From NCBI GenBank assembly GCA_973895155.1, contig OZ316893.1:16212645-16276644 (forward strand): a stretch of 64,000 bases of DNA, in the 5' to 3' direction. The notes under the pieces are model-generated. The model was not told where the DNA came from, searched no databases, and saw only the letters and a list, made by a program, of their open reading frames with translations. Below are positions 46,833 through 60,331 of this stretch, piece by piece. This stretch comes from Marsupella aquatica. Taxonomy: Eukaryota; Plantae; Marchantiophyta. Position 1 is the first letter of the stretch. Every line of letters starts with the position of its first letter. The position numbers were made by a program, and so were the translations under genes.

Positions 46833-49203
46833 CATGCACATCATGATTAGAGGCAACTTCAATCATATGTCTCCATGCGGTTTCAAGAGACAAGGAGTCC
46901 TCCGCACGGAGCTCACAAGTGAAGATGGTACAAAGGGACTTGTAATTATGGTTGTACACATGGGCGCTGAATGTCAGCCACCCAGTGCTTATTCTCCGCA
47001 TCACATCAGAACTGATCCATGCTCCTTCCAGCTCACCTCCACTCCTCATCTGCCTGAGAATATCGACACCAGAACCTGGGCCATTGGTACTCATTTTGAA
47101 TACATGAGCCCTATCGGTCTTGCTCCCCTGGCCAGGGAAAATGTACCTCTGAACGTAAGGAAAATTATTCCGGGCTTGCATCTCACGAAGTGAATCCAAC
47201 TCACCTTTTTTTGGGTTATCCATTTTCACGCTCCGGAATATGGTCTGGAATTTCTCAATAGTGGACACAACTTTCATCGATTCCCAAATGTTTCTCTTCT
47301 TCTTTTGATAGTTCTGAAGAAGACTCTAGATGCAAAAGAGAAACCAGGTTTCCTATAGACTTGTTAAGAACACGCCTTGGCATACACACGGGATTTGCTT
47401 TATGAACACCAGAAACTATCTCCTCCGCCTGCTTTTTTGCCAATCAAGATTTCCCTTTCCAAACAACGTGGTCATGGAAACCCATGTGAACAGCCAATTG
47501 AGACATATGTTTTGCAACATTTGACTCAAGAGATGGCTTAGGATAGACGTACAAAAGTTTAGCCGGACATTCACGGATGCAGAGAGGCCTCTCCTCACAG
47601 AATCCGCACACCAACCCTCCTTCCTCCACAAGCTCACCAAGATGAAATGGCTCATGCAGTAAATTGTCCCTTTCCTCGGAAGGAAGAGTCATTTTTTGAA
47701 CCGGTGTGCTTCAACTTTCTACAGACCAGATTTTGACATTCAAGTACACCGGCACATCTGACTTTCGACACAGACTAGTGGTTGCGAGGTTTGAGATTAG
47801 CTGAAGTTGTGAGAAGTCTCGTCCATGGGTAGCCATCATTATCCCTATCCATGTCCTGAAGACCATATCCTCAACAAAATTGACCTTTGACTGGAGGAAG
47901 CTCAAAAATGCAGTTCCCGTTGTATGAAGTGGGCAAAGTCTGCACTTGAATCTCCTTCCAATCGTTTCCCCTCCGGAAATTTGCCAACTCGCTTGACCCA
48001 ATAATATTGAGGAAGGCATCATATGCACTAACTCTATAAAGAACTGGCTGAGATTGAAACTCGTTTTGACTCACTGCTTCAAAAACGGCTTTCTCAGAAG
48101 ACTTTATAGAGACAGAAGAGAGATCCCAACCCACACTCTCAGGGGAGATGTCGATAATTTTGGGTACTGCAAGTGACAGGCGAGTCGGCAATTCTGGATC
48201 TGAAACATTGATATGTGCAATGTCATCCTTGCATGAGACTAGCTCTACACCTGAACCACACTTCAGGTCCCAAGCTCTCTCTGACAATATTCCTTAACCA
48301 TTATCCGACACCTCGTGACTTCTGGATCCATTCCGAGAGTAAAGAAGGAACAACTTCCAGATGAAATCATCTTCCAAAAGCCCAAACCTCGATGAGAGGA
48401 AAGACTCCTTGACAGAGATAACATTATTCTCCGGAACATCCAGAACAACAACACCACCCGTCTTCTTTCTCTCGATCACAACCTTCGACCCCATAGAAGA
48501 CATGCTGACAGTTTTGGACATTACAGTCTACAACAATCCTCAAATGTGAGATACTTTGCTCTCCTCTTTCTCCAAATACATATGAGGAAACGTGCTCGTG
48601 TAGGTGTTTGACTCAACGTATTTATTTAATAAATGCCTCTTCTTCCCGTTACCTGACTGTTATTTTGTCTTATTTGAAACTATTTAATGAATGATAAAGC
48701 TAGCAAGATCGCTAGCTCAATCTACCATGTAAAATTGGTCAAAAACGTACATAACACCCTTCACGAGTTCGTGTATTTAGTGACCAGTTTTTGGCTAGCG
48801 ATGTCGCTAGCAAAAATAGTTTGTCATAAGTGACCATTATGACCATTTATATCCTTTGGAATTGGTCAATGGGTACCTCTATGTCAATGGTACGGTACAG
48901 TATAGGACACATGTCTCTTTGTTATTAGCTACTTTTCTTTCAGTCATGAGTTTGGTTCTTTGTATTTTCAGAAGTACATGTATACCTGACGGTGTCTGAA
49001 AAATGACTGTGAAGAGCGTCAAACAGAATATCTGCATCTCTTTTCACAACCGGGCGCATTCAGGTGAAAGCAACAGACAAGGGTACGATTATGTCTTTGA
49101 CTAGATGATTGATTCTCGGGTTTCAAGGATTTCTTTACGTTTGCAAAGCGTGTCGCCCTCGACCTTGACCTGTTCATACCCTTATCACGTCACGGACCCG
49201 CTG

Positions 49204-52200
49204 ATGGAGCCATTGCCTTCACCCAAGAGCTTGTCATCAATAGAATCGTTTCAAGTCAGTCGAGTCAAGCCGAAGGGAGACAAGGTCTACAGCAAACAAG
49301 AAGGCACTCCAGACAAGATTGAAAACACCAAGGAGATCAAAGATGGTGAACCAAGTGGATTTTGTGAATCCTACGTTTCAACCTGGAGCTTCAGAACCCT
49401 ATTCTGTTGTCATCAATCGCTATCTTTTCTCTTTTGGAAATGACAAATTTGGATTCCCCCTCGCTCCTCCAAGGATTCCTCTTTGCAGAATGCAAAATAT
49501 GCAGATCGAGACACTCAAGAATGAATTTTGGATGCAAGGATACATCGAGGATGCGCCTCAATTTTACGTACAAATGACCGACAAAGAGGGCCATGTCCAG
49601 ATGTGCGACGACATGATTCGGGAGTCGTGGGATGACATGTGGATTCTTCAGAATGAAGAATTCGAGAGGGAATGTGATTCTCACGAAGCTTTCAAAATTT
49701 TGAAAGACAAAATGTTTTGTGTTTTCGATGGAAATCATCGTCTCTACTCATGGATGCAGCTTGCAGACGAGAATCCACATGATGTCAAATATCATCCTCG
49801 AGTTGTTTGCCAAATTTTCAAGGGTGACAAGAACTCATTCGTACAGATTGAGTCGGCGATGCATGCGTTGAATAGGTTTGTTTCTTTTCCTTCAAGCAGT
49901 GAATTGTATATAAAATTCTTTCATTTCCTCTTGTTAGCGATCTCACTGACCTGTTTCTTTGGTTCAGGTTGACTCAATGTCACGTTGAGAATTCTTGGGT
50001 TCTTGAAGCAGAGTGAGTCTAGAAGGTGCTCAGCAATGACCTTTCTGTATACAAAGATATCATTGATGCAGACAACTACAAACTTTTCCAGCAGAAGATG
50101 GCAAATATCAGGAAACCAGCTTGGTGTTCAAAGAACATGACACTCGATGCCTGCACATACATTCTGTCTACTGCTAATATTGCAGCGCAGACGGAAGATT
50201 TGAAGAAGAAGTTCCAATTGAAAGAAGCGCAAGGAGAACCTCTTTCAAAAGTTTCACAAGACATGGCTGTGAAAGACATGATGAAGGAGAAACTAGCAGA
50301 TTGGAATGTGAAGGTGCCAAAGATTGGACCTCTTTTGAATCCTGAGTTTGGTGAATTTTTCCAGAAGTGTGTTGAGATGCACAACTATTGCAAACATGAG
50401 AGGACAAAGGCCCAACAAATAGACGATAAAGGAAGGGGTAATGTGTCATGTGGTCTCGATCGTGCGAGGCTATTTACGGGTGTCTCTTCGTTGACTCCGT
50501 AGCTCAGATGTGTACTACTTGAGGCACAATGCAGACCTGAGCTTTGCAAGAAGTACTTCCACCCTGGTCAATTCTCGGACAGCAAAACAAAACTTTGGCT
50601 TCACCGATGGGTTGTATGGGAGCAGGTCGAGTCAATTTGTTCTTCGCTCATGTCTGAGATTATTTCAGAGTTGATCCCAACTGTTCCAGATGCGAGGATC
50701 CTTACTTTGTCTGAGAAGACAAAGCCATCGCTGATCCTTGACATAGAGGACTTTGAAGATTTCTAAACAAGAGTGAAATCTTGTTTTTTCAAACAGATTT
50801 GGCCACCAAAGTCGGGTGAGAAGATTGACATCTCACTTTTTTGGAGGAGGGCGAAGAGATATACGTATTGTTTTTTTGTGGATAGAGAAGTTGCTGACAA
50901 AACATATTGGTGGTCCTATCCTACTTGCTTCTCGCCTTGGATAGAAGGGGTGAAAGAGGATCCAACCTCCATTAAATACGAAGAGTACTCGATGTACCCA
51001 TGTGAGGGAGTGGAGGCTCCAAGGAACATGAGTGAGTGGGAAGTCCTTCACTGTCCATGGTATTTAGAATCAAACACATGGGCAATGACATTTGACACAG
51101 CAGAGAAGGCAGCCTTTCATATGATAAATCGAGGCTTGATACCAGAGTCGTACATTACAGAGTCCAAATTAGCTCCTGCAGAAGCAGAGGCTGGCGGATG
51201 TGAGGCAATAGAGAAAGTTGTTCTTGGTGTAGCTGCCATTGTTGACCGGAGTAGATTGAGGAGACCTCGGAAGGTGCCGGTGAAGGACACGTCCAAAGAT
51301 GGATCAGTTTTGTCTGGGAAGCAAAGTAAGTCTTTTTCTCCTCTTTTTTTCATACCTCAGTCGGAGTAATTTTTTCTAAGTCACCTGTCTGACATTGACA
51401 TGTTTTTTAGAGAAGAGAAAGGCTGCAGCCTCTGGGAGTTTGAAGAGTGGGGCGAATGATGGAGAAGAACCCAAGTCTCCTGATGTTGAGGTCACAACAA
51501 AATCTGTTGTGGACCTTGGTTCAATCAAGCGTTTAAAGAGGAAGCGTAATGTCCAAATTCTCTCTGACTCGGATGAGGAGGAAGCATGCGTCGCTCAAGG
51601 AGTAGCACGAATGTGTGGTCTTAAGAAGGACGGTGAGAGAAATTTCTTGGCAAAGAGCAATCTCATGGAAACTGCAAACTCAATTAGCCAGAGGAAAGTA
51701 AGACCTCCCTGGATGGGCGATGCGGATCAGTGGTTGTTTGGAATGGGCAAATTGAGCAAACACCCAAACCCAGTGATGATCAACGGCAAACATTATGCTA
51801 GGATTGGTGCTCACTTGGGTTTCATTTTCCTTCCCATGGTCATCGAACGAGTGTCACAGACCGGGAGGTCCCGAAGTGGAATGTTTGGAGTGAGAAATTA
51901 CCATATTATTTCTTTGGAGTCATGCGTCCGATGCTTGCCGACGATGGTTATGTCGCAATTCTTCACAGCTCTGACTATAACCATATGAGACAAAAAAAAA
52001 TCTGCCGTCGAGCAGACAAACAAATTCAAACATGTCCGGTAGTATTCGGTTTTGCTTTCATCTCCTTTGTATCAGGCAGATATGGACATCGAGGTAAGAT
52101 ATCCACGATAGTTTGCGTGCAGTTTTTGCTAGCGAGCTTGCTAACCAAAAGTACCCATTTCTGACATATTCTTATTTTCAATTCAGGTAGTTACTCTCAT

Positions 52201-52661
52201 TATGGATGTCTTCTCCAAGGTGGAATTCTGAGAAAAGTCCCAAAACATACAGGATATGTTCCAGTGACTTCCTCTAAGGATGCCCGCCATAAATTGATGT
52301 TGAGTGTTTGCTACCCAAAAACTGATCCTAGTCCCAGGGTGGCTTTTGCAGGTTCCAATAGATTGTCAGTTGGGTTCATGCAAGCCGTAATGGAGATCCT
52401 TACTTTGCCAAAGGACATTGTCATTGACTGGACTGTTGGAGATGGAAGTGCTTTTGCCGCTGGGGAATACGTTGGGAGATTCATCTGTGTGCACAAAAAA
52501 CTTTGGCAAATATGTTGGATAGACATGCCCAGAAGTTGAAAGGGGCCGGAGATCCGAAGAATGATGATCCCAATGATGAAGGATCGGATGATGAGTTCAC
52601 GATCCCAGGAGATGATCAGGGAGGACCTGAAGACAAGAAGGATGAATTCGACCTGGAGTAA
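49204..52661 (+). pseudogene. Spliced gene: ParB/Srx-like N-terminus plus degenerate beta-class N4-C/N6-A DNA methyltransferase-like C-terminus
   Basis: VFDGNHRL at about 49720-49745. Candidate GT-AG introns about 49876-49967, 51326-51410 and 52093-52186. GFIFLP(Y/H)G..WNV..LADDGYVAILH, then RLSVGFMQAVMEILTLPKDIVIDWTVGDGSAFAAGEYVGRFI. Several stops and frameshifts. Confidence 0.6.
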
Positions 52662-53424
52662 AGCACTTGGTCTTTGATGTAGAATTCCCTATTTGGTGTT
52701 TTTCTTTTATTTGTAGAATTTTTGGATGTGTAGTATTGATCCAATGCTAGTGATTTCTTCAATGATAGGCGTTCAGATTGGTTTTTGGAGGAGATATTCT
52801 GTCTTCGGAAAGAAATCGAGGATCATTTTCTTGTGACCCCTGAGAAGGGATTTGCGCTTCCTTGCTATGCTGAAAAGACTGCAAAGGAGGTTGATGAAGC
52901 ACCCGTCGTTTTGACTTGGGAGGGGAAAGGTCTGCGGTCAGTGAGGGGTGCTCGAAAAGCCCTTTATTGCCCTCAGTTCATAGATGATGAGGCTGGTACT
53001 GTAGCACAGTATGTTGACGATTCGGCTGAGGAGACTAATAGGGAGTCGAGTAGCGATCCTAGTAATTCCTCAGATCATTTGGAATCAAAGGATTCTCAAT
53101 GACTCATGGTCAATTTCAGATGCAATCTCATTCCAGAAGATATTTGTCATACCAAAGCTTTATTAAAGATGGATTGTGAAAGGTTTTTTGACCTGGTTTT
53201 GTTGACAGTGATGATGTCTTTTCATTCAGTTCAGTGTAGTGAAGATCTCTATTTTTTTGGTTGTGAATATTTCAGTATCTGCATTTCCCTTTTTCATAAC
53301 TATTTCACAATATATATCGACAATCTTACTTGGGAATCCGCCTTAACTACCCTGAAGTTACCCACAAACTTGCCTCGCTAGCCTGTTGTCCTCGCTAGCA
53401 AAACTCTTGTTTGCTCGCACAATA

Positions 53425-54242
53425 GAATACCTAAAGGAAGAAGGGCTTCCTCCCATCACAGAGAATACTCTCTACAAGATCTGGAGCAACTCATTTGCAA
53501 ACTTCAGTTTCCATAAAGGTGGTGCATTTGCCAAGTGTACTCTTTGAACATTGTGAATACAAAGACAATTTGATGCAAGAAAGAAGGAAAAAAGAATGTG
53601 CTAAAATTGAAGAAAAACGAGTGCAACATCTTCATGAGCAAATGTCACGTAGATATGTTTACTACGCTTATCAAGTGATGGCCAAGCAACACCTAGGAGA
53701 ATATCTTTGCATTATTCATGACAAGATGGATCAAGCAAAGACATGGATTCCAAAAATAGTTAGTACTCCTAAATCACTTTTGGGTCATGGAATGCCGCAT
53801 TCCTATTGCTCTCATAGGGATGTTGACTCACGGGAGGGATCCAGGAGTTTATGCACATTTTGGTGTCATTGGCCTTTGGCCATAAGATGCCAATTTTACG
53901 GTGACATCCTTGGCTAAGTGTCTTCAAGACCTTGAAGAGTACAATGGAGACAAGACAGGTGACATGTTGGATGACCTTCATTGGGAACCTCACAGACCTT
54001 TCTTTCAAGCCCTACTTGACCTTGAAGCATTTTTGATGGGTTATTTGGAACCAAAGAATATACTAGTGAATAGGTATATTGGTTATGAAGATGGAACCGA
54101 CAATTGGACTGAGACCGTCCCAAACCGGCAAGATGAGGATGATGGAGAAGACATGCATGGGGAGCAAGGCAGCCCATCGTTCAAGCCCTTACCAAGGCAC
54201 CTAACATCATAGATGGATAATTCAGCAAAGGACAAAAAAAGC
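53425..54242 (+). pseudogene. N-terminal/central part of a DDE transposase (Sola-like)
   Basis: FAKCTL..HLHEQMSRR..CIIHDKMDQAKT..GMLTHG..DANFTVTSLAKCL..PLPRHL..MDNSAKDKK, ending at a CACTA TIR. Confidence 0.75.
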
Positions 54243-55279
54243 CACTAGTACATTTTGAGTTTTCTTACCGATTGTATTTCCATTGGACGCCTTCAAGAAA
54301 TCCGACGCGGAAATCTCACCTGTTCAATACCAAAAGAATTGCATTTTACGATCTAATTTGTATTGGAAAACGACAATCGGAAACCAATCGGAACTACCAA
54401 TACTACAAAGTTTGGGAGTTCTATCCTTTAAAATGTTGGGAATTGCTATGTCCGATGCTGGTTAATTGGATGTCTGTTCCGCACATTTTCTGTTAACGGA
54501 GGCATCCAATTCTAGACTGATAGTATGGGCATGGAAATTCCCGATTGTATTGGGATTGAAAACATCCAATTATTTGGGGAACGGAAATTGAGATTATACT
54601 AGCATCAGACTTTGCAATACTTTGGGAATGGAAAATTACGATCATTGTGGCAACGGATATGGATCAATATCTACCGGAAACTATTTGGCGAGCTTGATTG
54701 GGCCGATTTTAAATGGGGGGCTAATTGGGGGTTTAATTGGGGTGCAATTTAATTCTTTAACTGAGTTTTTATTTAGGGTTTAGAGAGGGCATTTAGTTGA
54801 TGGAAGTGAGACTATGAATTTTGATTGCACACTATGTACCTTGAAACCCGGGCATGACATGGCGTAACTATATCTTATATACAAATATGAAATATCCAGG
54901 GCAAAAGTACAAAAATGGAGAACATCTCCATGCATAGTGCCAGCTATGCTAAAGGCTGGGCATATCAAATGTACATAATGCCCTCCAACTATCCACCTCG
55001 CTAGCCTGGTACTAGATGTATATATGTCTACCTAGTCCATTATCCATACAAGCTATGTCGCGTCTTCCTCTTCTTCACACGGGAATGACTAGGCTGCTCT
55101 GCTCTACGAGTCTCTACTACTGACACACTAGGTAGCACATCATGGTCCTGGCTACCTGATCTGCCTCCATCGTCATGTGGATGAGGGGCAAAAGCAGTCT
55201 CTGGTACTCCCCCACCTCCAGATGCGCCTGAGCCATGGGAGGGCACTCCTTCCCCGACACAAGTGTGGAAAGAAGCCCC

Positions 55280-56000
55280 TCTAGCACCACCACCACTACC
55301 CCCCTCAGGCTGAGTCTCACCTCTATCACTATGATGGGAACCTCCCCTTCATGGAAACTCAGTTCACTCGCTCCGCCATCCGGGTGCGGATGAATGCGGA
55401 ATAGAGCGCACACGACTGGGTGCCTACACCACCACTATGAATAGGAGATGGTGTGGGCACATGACCACCAAGGCCCCCCCGACTGTCGCGAACCAGCTGG
55501 TACACTACCAGGGCCAGCCCTAAACTGACGAGGTGCAACAACTCCACCACTACCCCCTCAAGGCGAGACTCACCTCCACCACTATGGCTGGAACCTCCAG
55601 ACTGGATGCCTACACCACCACTATGAACAGGAGATGGTGTCGGCACATGACCACCAAGGCCTCCCCCTGACTGTCGCAAACCAGTTGGTACACTACTAGG
55701 GCCAGCCCTAAACTGACAAGGTGCAGCAACTCCACCACTACCCCCCTCAAGGCAAGACTCACCTCCACCACTACGGCCAAAACCTCCAGACTGGATGCCT
55801 ACACCACCACTATGAACAGGAGATGGTGCCGGCACATGACCACCAAGGCCTCCCTTGGACCGTCGTAAACCAGTTGGTTCACTATCAGGGCCAGCCCTAA
55901 ACTGATGAGGTGCAGCAACTCCACCACTACCCCCCTCAGGGTGAGACTCACCTCCACCACTACGGTCGGAACCTCCTGACTGGCCAACGACATGACCAGT
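55280..56000. repeat. ~189-bp tandem repeat, 3-4 copies, giving a Gly/Ser-rich minus-strand ORF
   Basis: ggtgcagcaactccaccactacccccctca recurs at about 55532, 55720 and 55909, with a partial copy near 55290. Confidence 0.85.
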
Positions 56001-59000
56001 ATGAACATGACCTGGTGTGGGCATATGAACACCAGCCCGCTGTCGAGACCCACCTAGTACAACACCAGGGCCAGTCCTCACTTGACCACCTGCTATGGCT
56101 AGAACTTGGGACTCACTACAAACCCTTCGGTTGTGACCTAGTGTGGCTGGAACCCGGGAGTCACTCCGTCCACTCCTACCGGCTAATCTCTGACAAGAAG
56201 GAGGCCTATCACCTGCTCTGCGCTCCATCCGGCAAGTGGAGCCACCTACACCCCGACCAGACTGGTGACATCCAGTCACGGAACTTGACTACCTTAACAC
56301 TTAGCTCCGGCATCGTTGACTCCGACGCCAAGCTCCCTTATGGTCCAGGCCCGGATAGGCCATCCGAGGAGGACTTAGCATGGGGAGGCTTGTGGGCAAT
56401 GAGACGTGGCACTAGCAAAGGCAAGGAGCCAAGCTGGTGACACACACTAAAGACTTAGGCAAGCTAAGAGCTGGTTGGGTCAAGGGGAAAGGGGCTGGAC
56501 TCAAGGTCGACCATCTGGGCCCCCAGACAGACTTTGAATTCTAACGACTTAAGTGTGAGCTCCTCTTGGGCCCAAGGCCAATGGAGTTGACGCCATGGGC
56601 AACGGACGCTCGGGGCGTGAGTTATGGCCCAATCCGAGTTTGGCCGATCGGGGACCCCGAGCGGCAATGAGACCTGAGGGCCTAGGCATGAGCATTGGGT
56701 TGGCCCAATCACAACGAGCTAAGGTAATCTGCTTGCGGACGCCTAACGAGAAAGTTATGGGCGTCGCCAGTTGGTGGCGCGCCCACTATGTGCGATAGGA
56801 TCCGGGTTGGAGGCCAAATGTTTAGGGGCCAAAGTTGGTACGGGGTGGCAGGTCTCCAGAAGCATATATGAGGGGAGTGGTGTCTCCCTGGGGGCCAAAG
56901 GCGAGCCGAAGTCATGAGCCGCGATGGTCGCGACACTAAGGGAAAGCGCCAAACGGAAACGGCAATAATTTTCCAACGGGAAGTCCGTCAGAGAACTTCT
57001 TTGGTGCATTGGAAAGAACTTGAGGAGGGCTACGTCCTCCTGAGCTCATCTGGGTCTGGGGGTGCCATGTGTTCTCAAGGTTTGCGGGTGTTAGCTCGCT
57101 CGCTTGCCAAATCCTGCCGAGCAACAACCAAGCCGTGTTCAGTCGCCCAAGGGAGCTTGTGTTGGGGAGGCAAGGCCAAGTAGGTGTGGAGGTTGAGTTC
57201 CAAGGGTGCTTAGCCCCTAGACCATCAGTGGGGCGAACCGGGAGTTGGTTGCTAGAGTCAAGGCCATCCTGGTCCCGACGTGTTGGGACAAGCTTTAGGA
57301 CAAGCTACGCTATTTGGGCCATGAGCATGTCCTGGGGTCAAGGCGGTCAGTTGGTGATAGGGTATGAGGGGGAACCCGGGCCGTGCCCAAGGAAGGAGCT
57401 GTTCTGGACAAACAGTGGGCGTTGTCATGAGGTTTCCATCCTAAAGGAGGAATCCTCATGTTTTGTGAAAGAAGTTGAAACCATTTTTGCTTCTAACTTG
57501 GGCAAGTTGACTTGACTTGAGCTAACTTGACCAAGGTGATGGAGGAAGTAGAGTTATGAGGGTCAAGGTAGGGATGAGGTCGAGCCTACCCACCCTTGTT
57601 ACTATTGTCCCGGGGTATATTTTTCATTTGTGACAAACAAGGTATTTAGGGTTTTGGCGACATGGTGACCAGGTCCATTGAATACATGAAGGAGGTGACC
57701 AAGTTCAAGGCATGTAGGAGGGTTTGGTCCAAGTGCATCAGTTTTGTGAGATTTAGACCAGATTCAGATTTTTGTGTTAAATGGACCAGATTCAATGTAT
57801 CTACTTCAATGGTGGATCTTGGTTTTGGTTAATGGATGGTTTGGATTGAAGGTGGAGATGTGAATTAGGGCTTGGTGGAGGTCGTGGCTTTTTCAAAAAG
57901 GTCGAAGCTCTTTTGGTTTGCAAGTTACTAAGGAGGGGTTTTTTGGCTCATTTCCGGCCGTTTGATCTAATTGGTGTGAGATCTAGGGCTGTGATTCAAC
58001 GAGGACTAAAACCATAAGTGGAGGAGCTTGTGGGTGCCCTGGGCCTTCCCACGTGGGTACTAAAGGAGGAAGTTCGAGTGGCCAAGGGTTCGGAAGTTAG
58101 ATACTGCTGAAGTGCTGCCGTTTTGCCGTTTTGGAGTGTTTAGTCCCATTTTTGAGTTGTAGGAGCGAACCTCTAGAGGGGAGCTCGAGGATGAGGCATG
58201 TGTAAGGGAGGAGCCCTCCTCCTTGTCTGTGGCCTTAGGTTCTTGAGGGTAGGAGATGTAGAACTCATTTTTAGAAGGAGAAGAGAGAGGTGACACTTGG
58301 AATGTTGTCACTTGTGATAGTTTTTTCTAGGGATTTTGAGGGAAGTTTCGAATGTAGGAGAGGCTGATCCGAAGCCTTAGGAAGGAGGTATACCATGAGT
58401 AGGAAGCTTAAGGAGCATGCATGAGAGATTGCCCACAAGAAAGCATACTCGAATGTAAGCTCTTGGCTCCAAGTTTTGAAGGGTTTGAAGTAGTAGGGCT
58501 GATTCAAAGCCTTAGTGGTGATATGTAACAAAAATTTCCTGAGCTTGTGTGTGTTGCATGAGAGAGGGCTCATTAAGAAGGCCTACTCAAGTGCAAACAC
58601 CATGGCTTGGGGGTTTTGAAGGAGGATGGTAGGTGTAAGGGAGTAGGAAGGGAGACAAAACTATTTTGAAGTCTTGAGATGGCTATGGTGGTAGTTTGGA
58701 GGCTAGGTAATGTCTTACTTGGTGTTTGAGCTTGTTTGGTTCTTCTTTGCTAGGAGGGTCTTGCTTGTGACCCATATTTTGACTTAGAAAAGTCCATGAT
58801 GTTTTTCATGTGCCTTTTGCCATGCATGTAGAGGAGTGGACTCTTTGGTTTTTGAAAGATGGTGTAGGAGGATTGTTTTGGGTATGAATGAAGGATGAAT
58901 GTATCATTTGTGAAAGCTATGTGATGTAATGGGTGTTTTTGATGATGTTTGAAGGCATTTTGAAAGTAGAATGGTGAAGGCATTTTCAGAAGTAAGGTGT

Positions 59001-60331
59001 TTGAGTTGGAAGGACTATTTGAATGAGAAAGTAGCTTATGATTGCTTATAGCTTGTGAGGGTTGCTAGAGTAATGAGTTTAAGGTTGCTTGATGTTTGTT
59101 AAGGAGTTTGTTGACCAAACCAAGGCAACCATGAGCAAAGTTGAAAGTATGTTGATGCTTAGAATGTTGAAAGCTATAAAGGATTGTTCTCACAATTGGT
59201 TATCTTCTCATGCAGCCATGCACCCGGTGTGTCCTTGAGCCTCTTTTCCCACCTCTTTGCTTATCCTCAGGACAGCGTGGGTTCTGGTTCCGGCTTATGG
59301 CATCGGGAGGACCTATTGTTGACCTATTTATCAACATCTATTGAGCTTGAGTTAGGATGCTAGACTTGGCAAGTCCTAGATCCTGAAGGGTTACTTACCG
59401 AGGTGCTTGGTTGCTTGTGCAGACAGTGAGGACCGTTGAGTAGCGGTCGTGTTGGAGAGCAAGTGCGGCTTCGTATGGGATGGGCCGTTGGCGGTGCAAG
59501 GGGCACTAGGTTGCTTGCTCGAGGTCTTCCGTGGAGGCGTTCGGGCACCAGGGGCACTTAGGCATGAGTTCTGGGATTGGTGAGGGCACTGGGTGGCAAG
59601 GTCCACCACTCATCCACTCTCTCGGGGTCTTGACTGGCCACGCGCACCAGTAGAACCTTGTACTGGAGCCTCGGCCACACTCCCCTCCGAAGCACTATCG
59701 TCCTCCTTGTCCTCCTTGTCCTCCTCCCCATCACCATCCTCCTCACTCTCCAAGTCCTCCTCACCCCCTGACTCATCCTGCACGTAGTAACAATCTCCAA
59801 TCCATATGTCATTCCGCAACATATGTACTAGCATGAAGCCATCTTTCAAATCATTCTAGTATCCGCACTTACCGAGGCTAACATGTTGTCCATGTGAATC
59901 TCTAGCGCCCAAGCACCATGCTCCTTTGCCACCTCTCTCTCTGCCAACAACAATGGTCATCCGTGCTCCTTCTCCTACACACCCCAACCATATGCCACCC
60001 CCAATACTAAGGTCAATTATAGCAACCCTACCCTGGCCTAATTAAATGTTCACCTAAACCCTTCACCGTCAAAGACCCATAAGAACACTTAGCCGTTCAT
60101 GCACAAACTATTCAAAAATTTGAATTTTTCCAATACTATTAGAATTGGTACCCTCGACAATTCCGATTATTTTTTAATGTCCGATGCTGCATCCAATACT
60201 TAAAGGATCGGACTAGAATCGGACCTTACATGCCGAAAGCAAAAAAAACTGAGGCATGATCGAGCGATCGACCTATGGGCATACAAAGACCTGTCATGGG
60301 TTTGGAAGGGTTAGGCATTTGTCAATTGGCC

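Larger units (their letters stand above)
45030..48521 (-). pseudogene. MULE-like transposase pseudogene, interrupted by the CACTA at 45253-46832 and cut at 45030
   Basis: IFELPP, Cys/His cluster CGFC..CPAK..HMGFHDH, FKMSTNGPGSGVD..HVYNHNYKSLCTIFTCELRAED, then after the insertion GFIADNAEAGW..FHFAQSL. The superfamily call is tentative. Confidence 0.65.
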
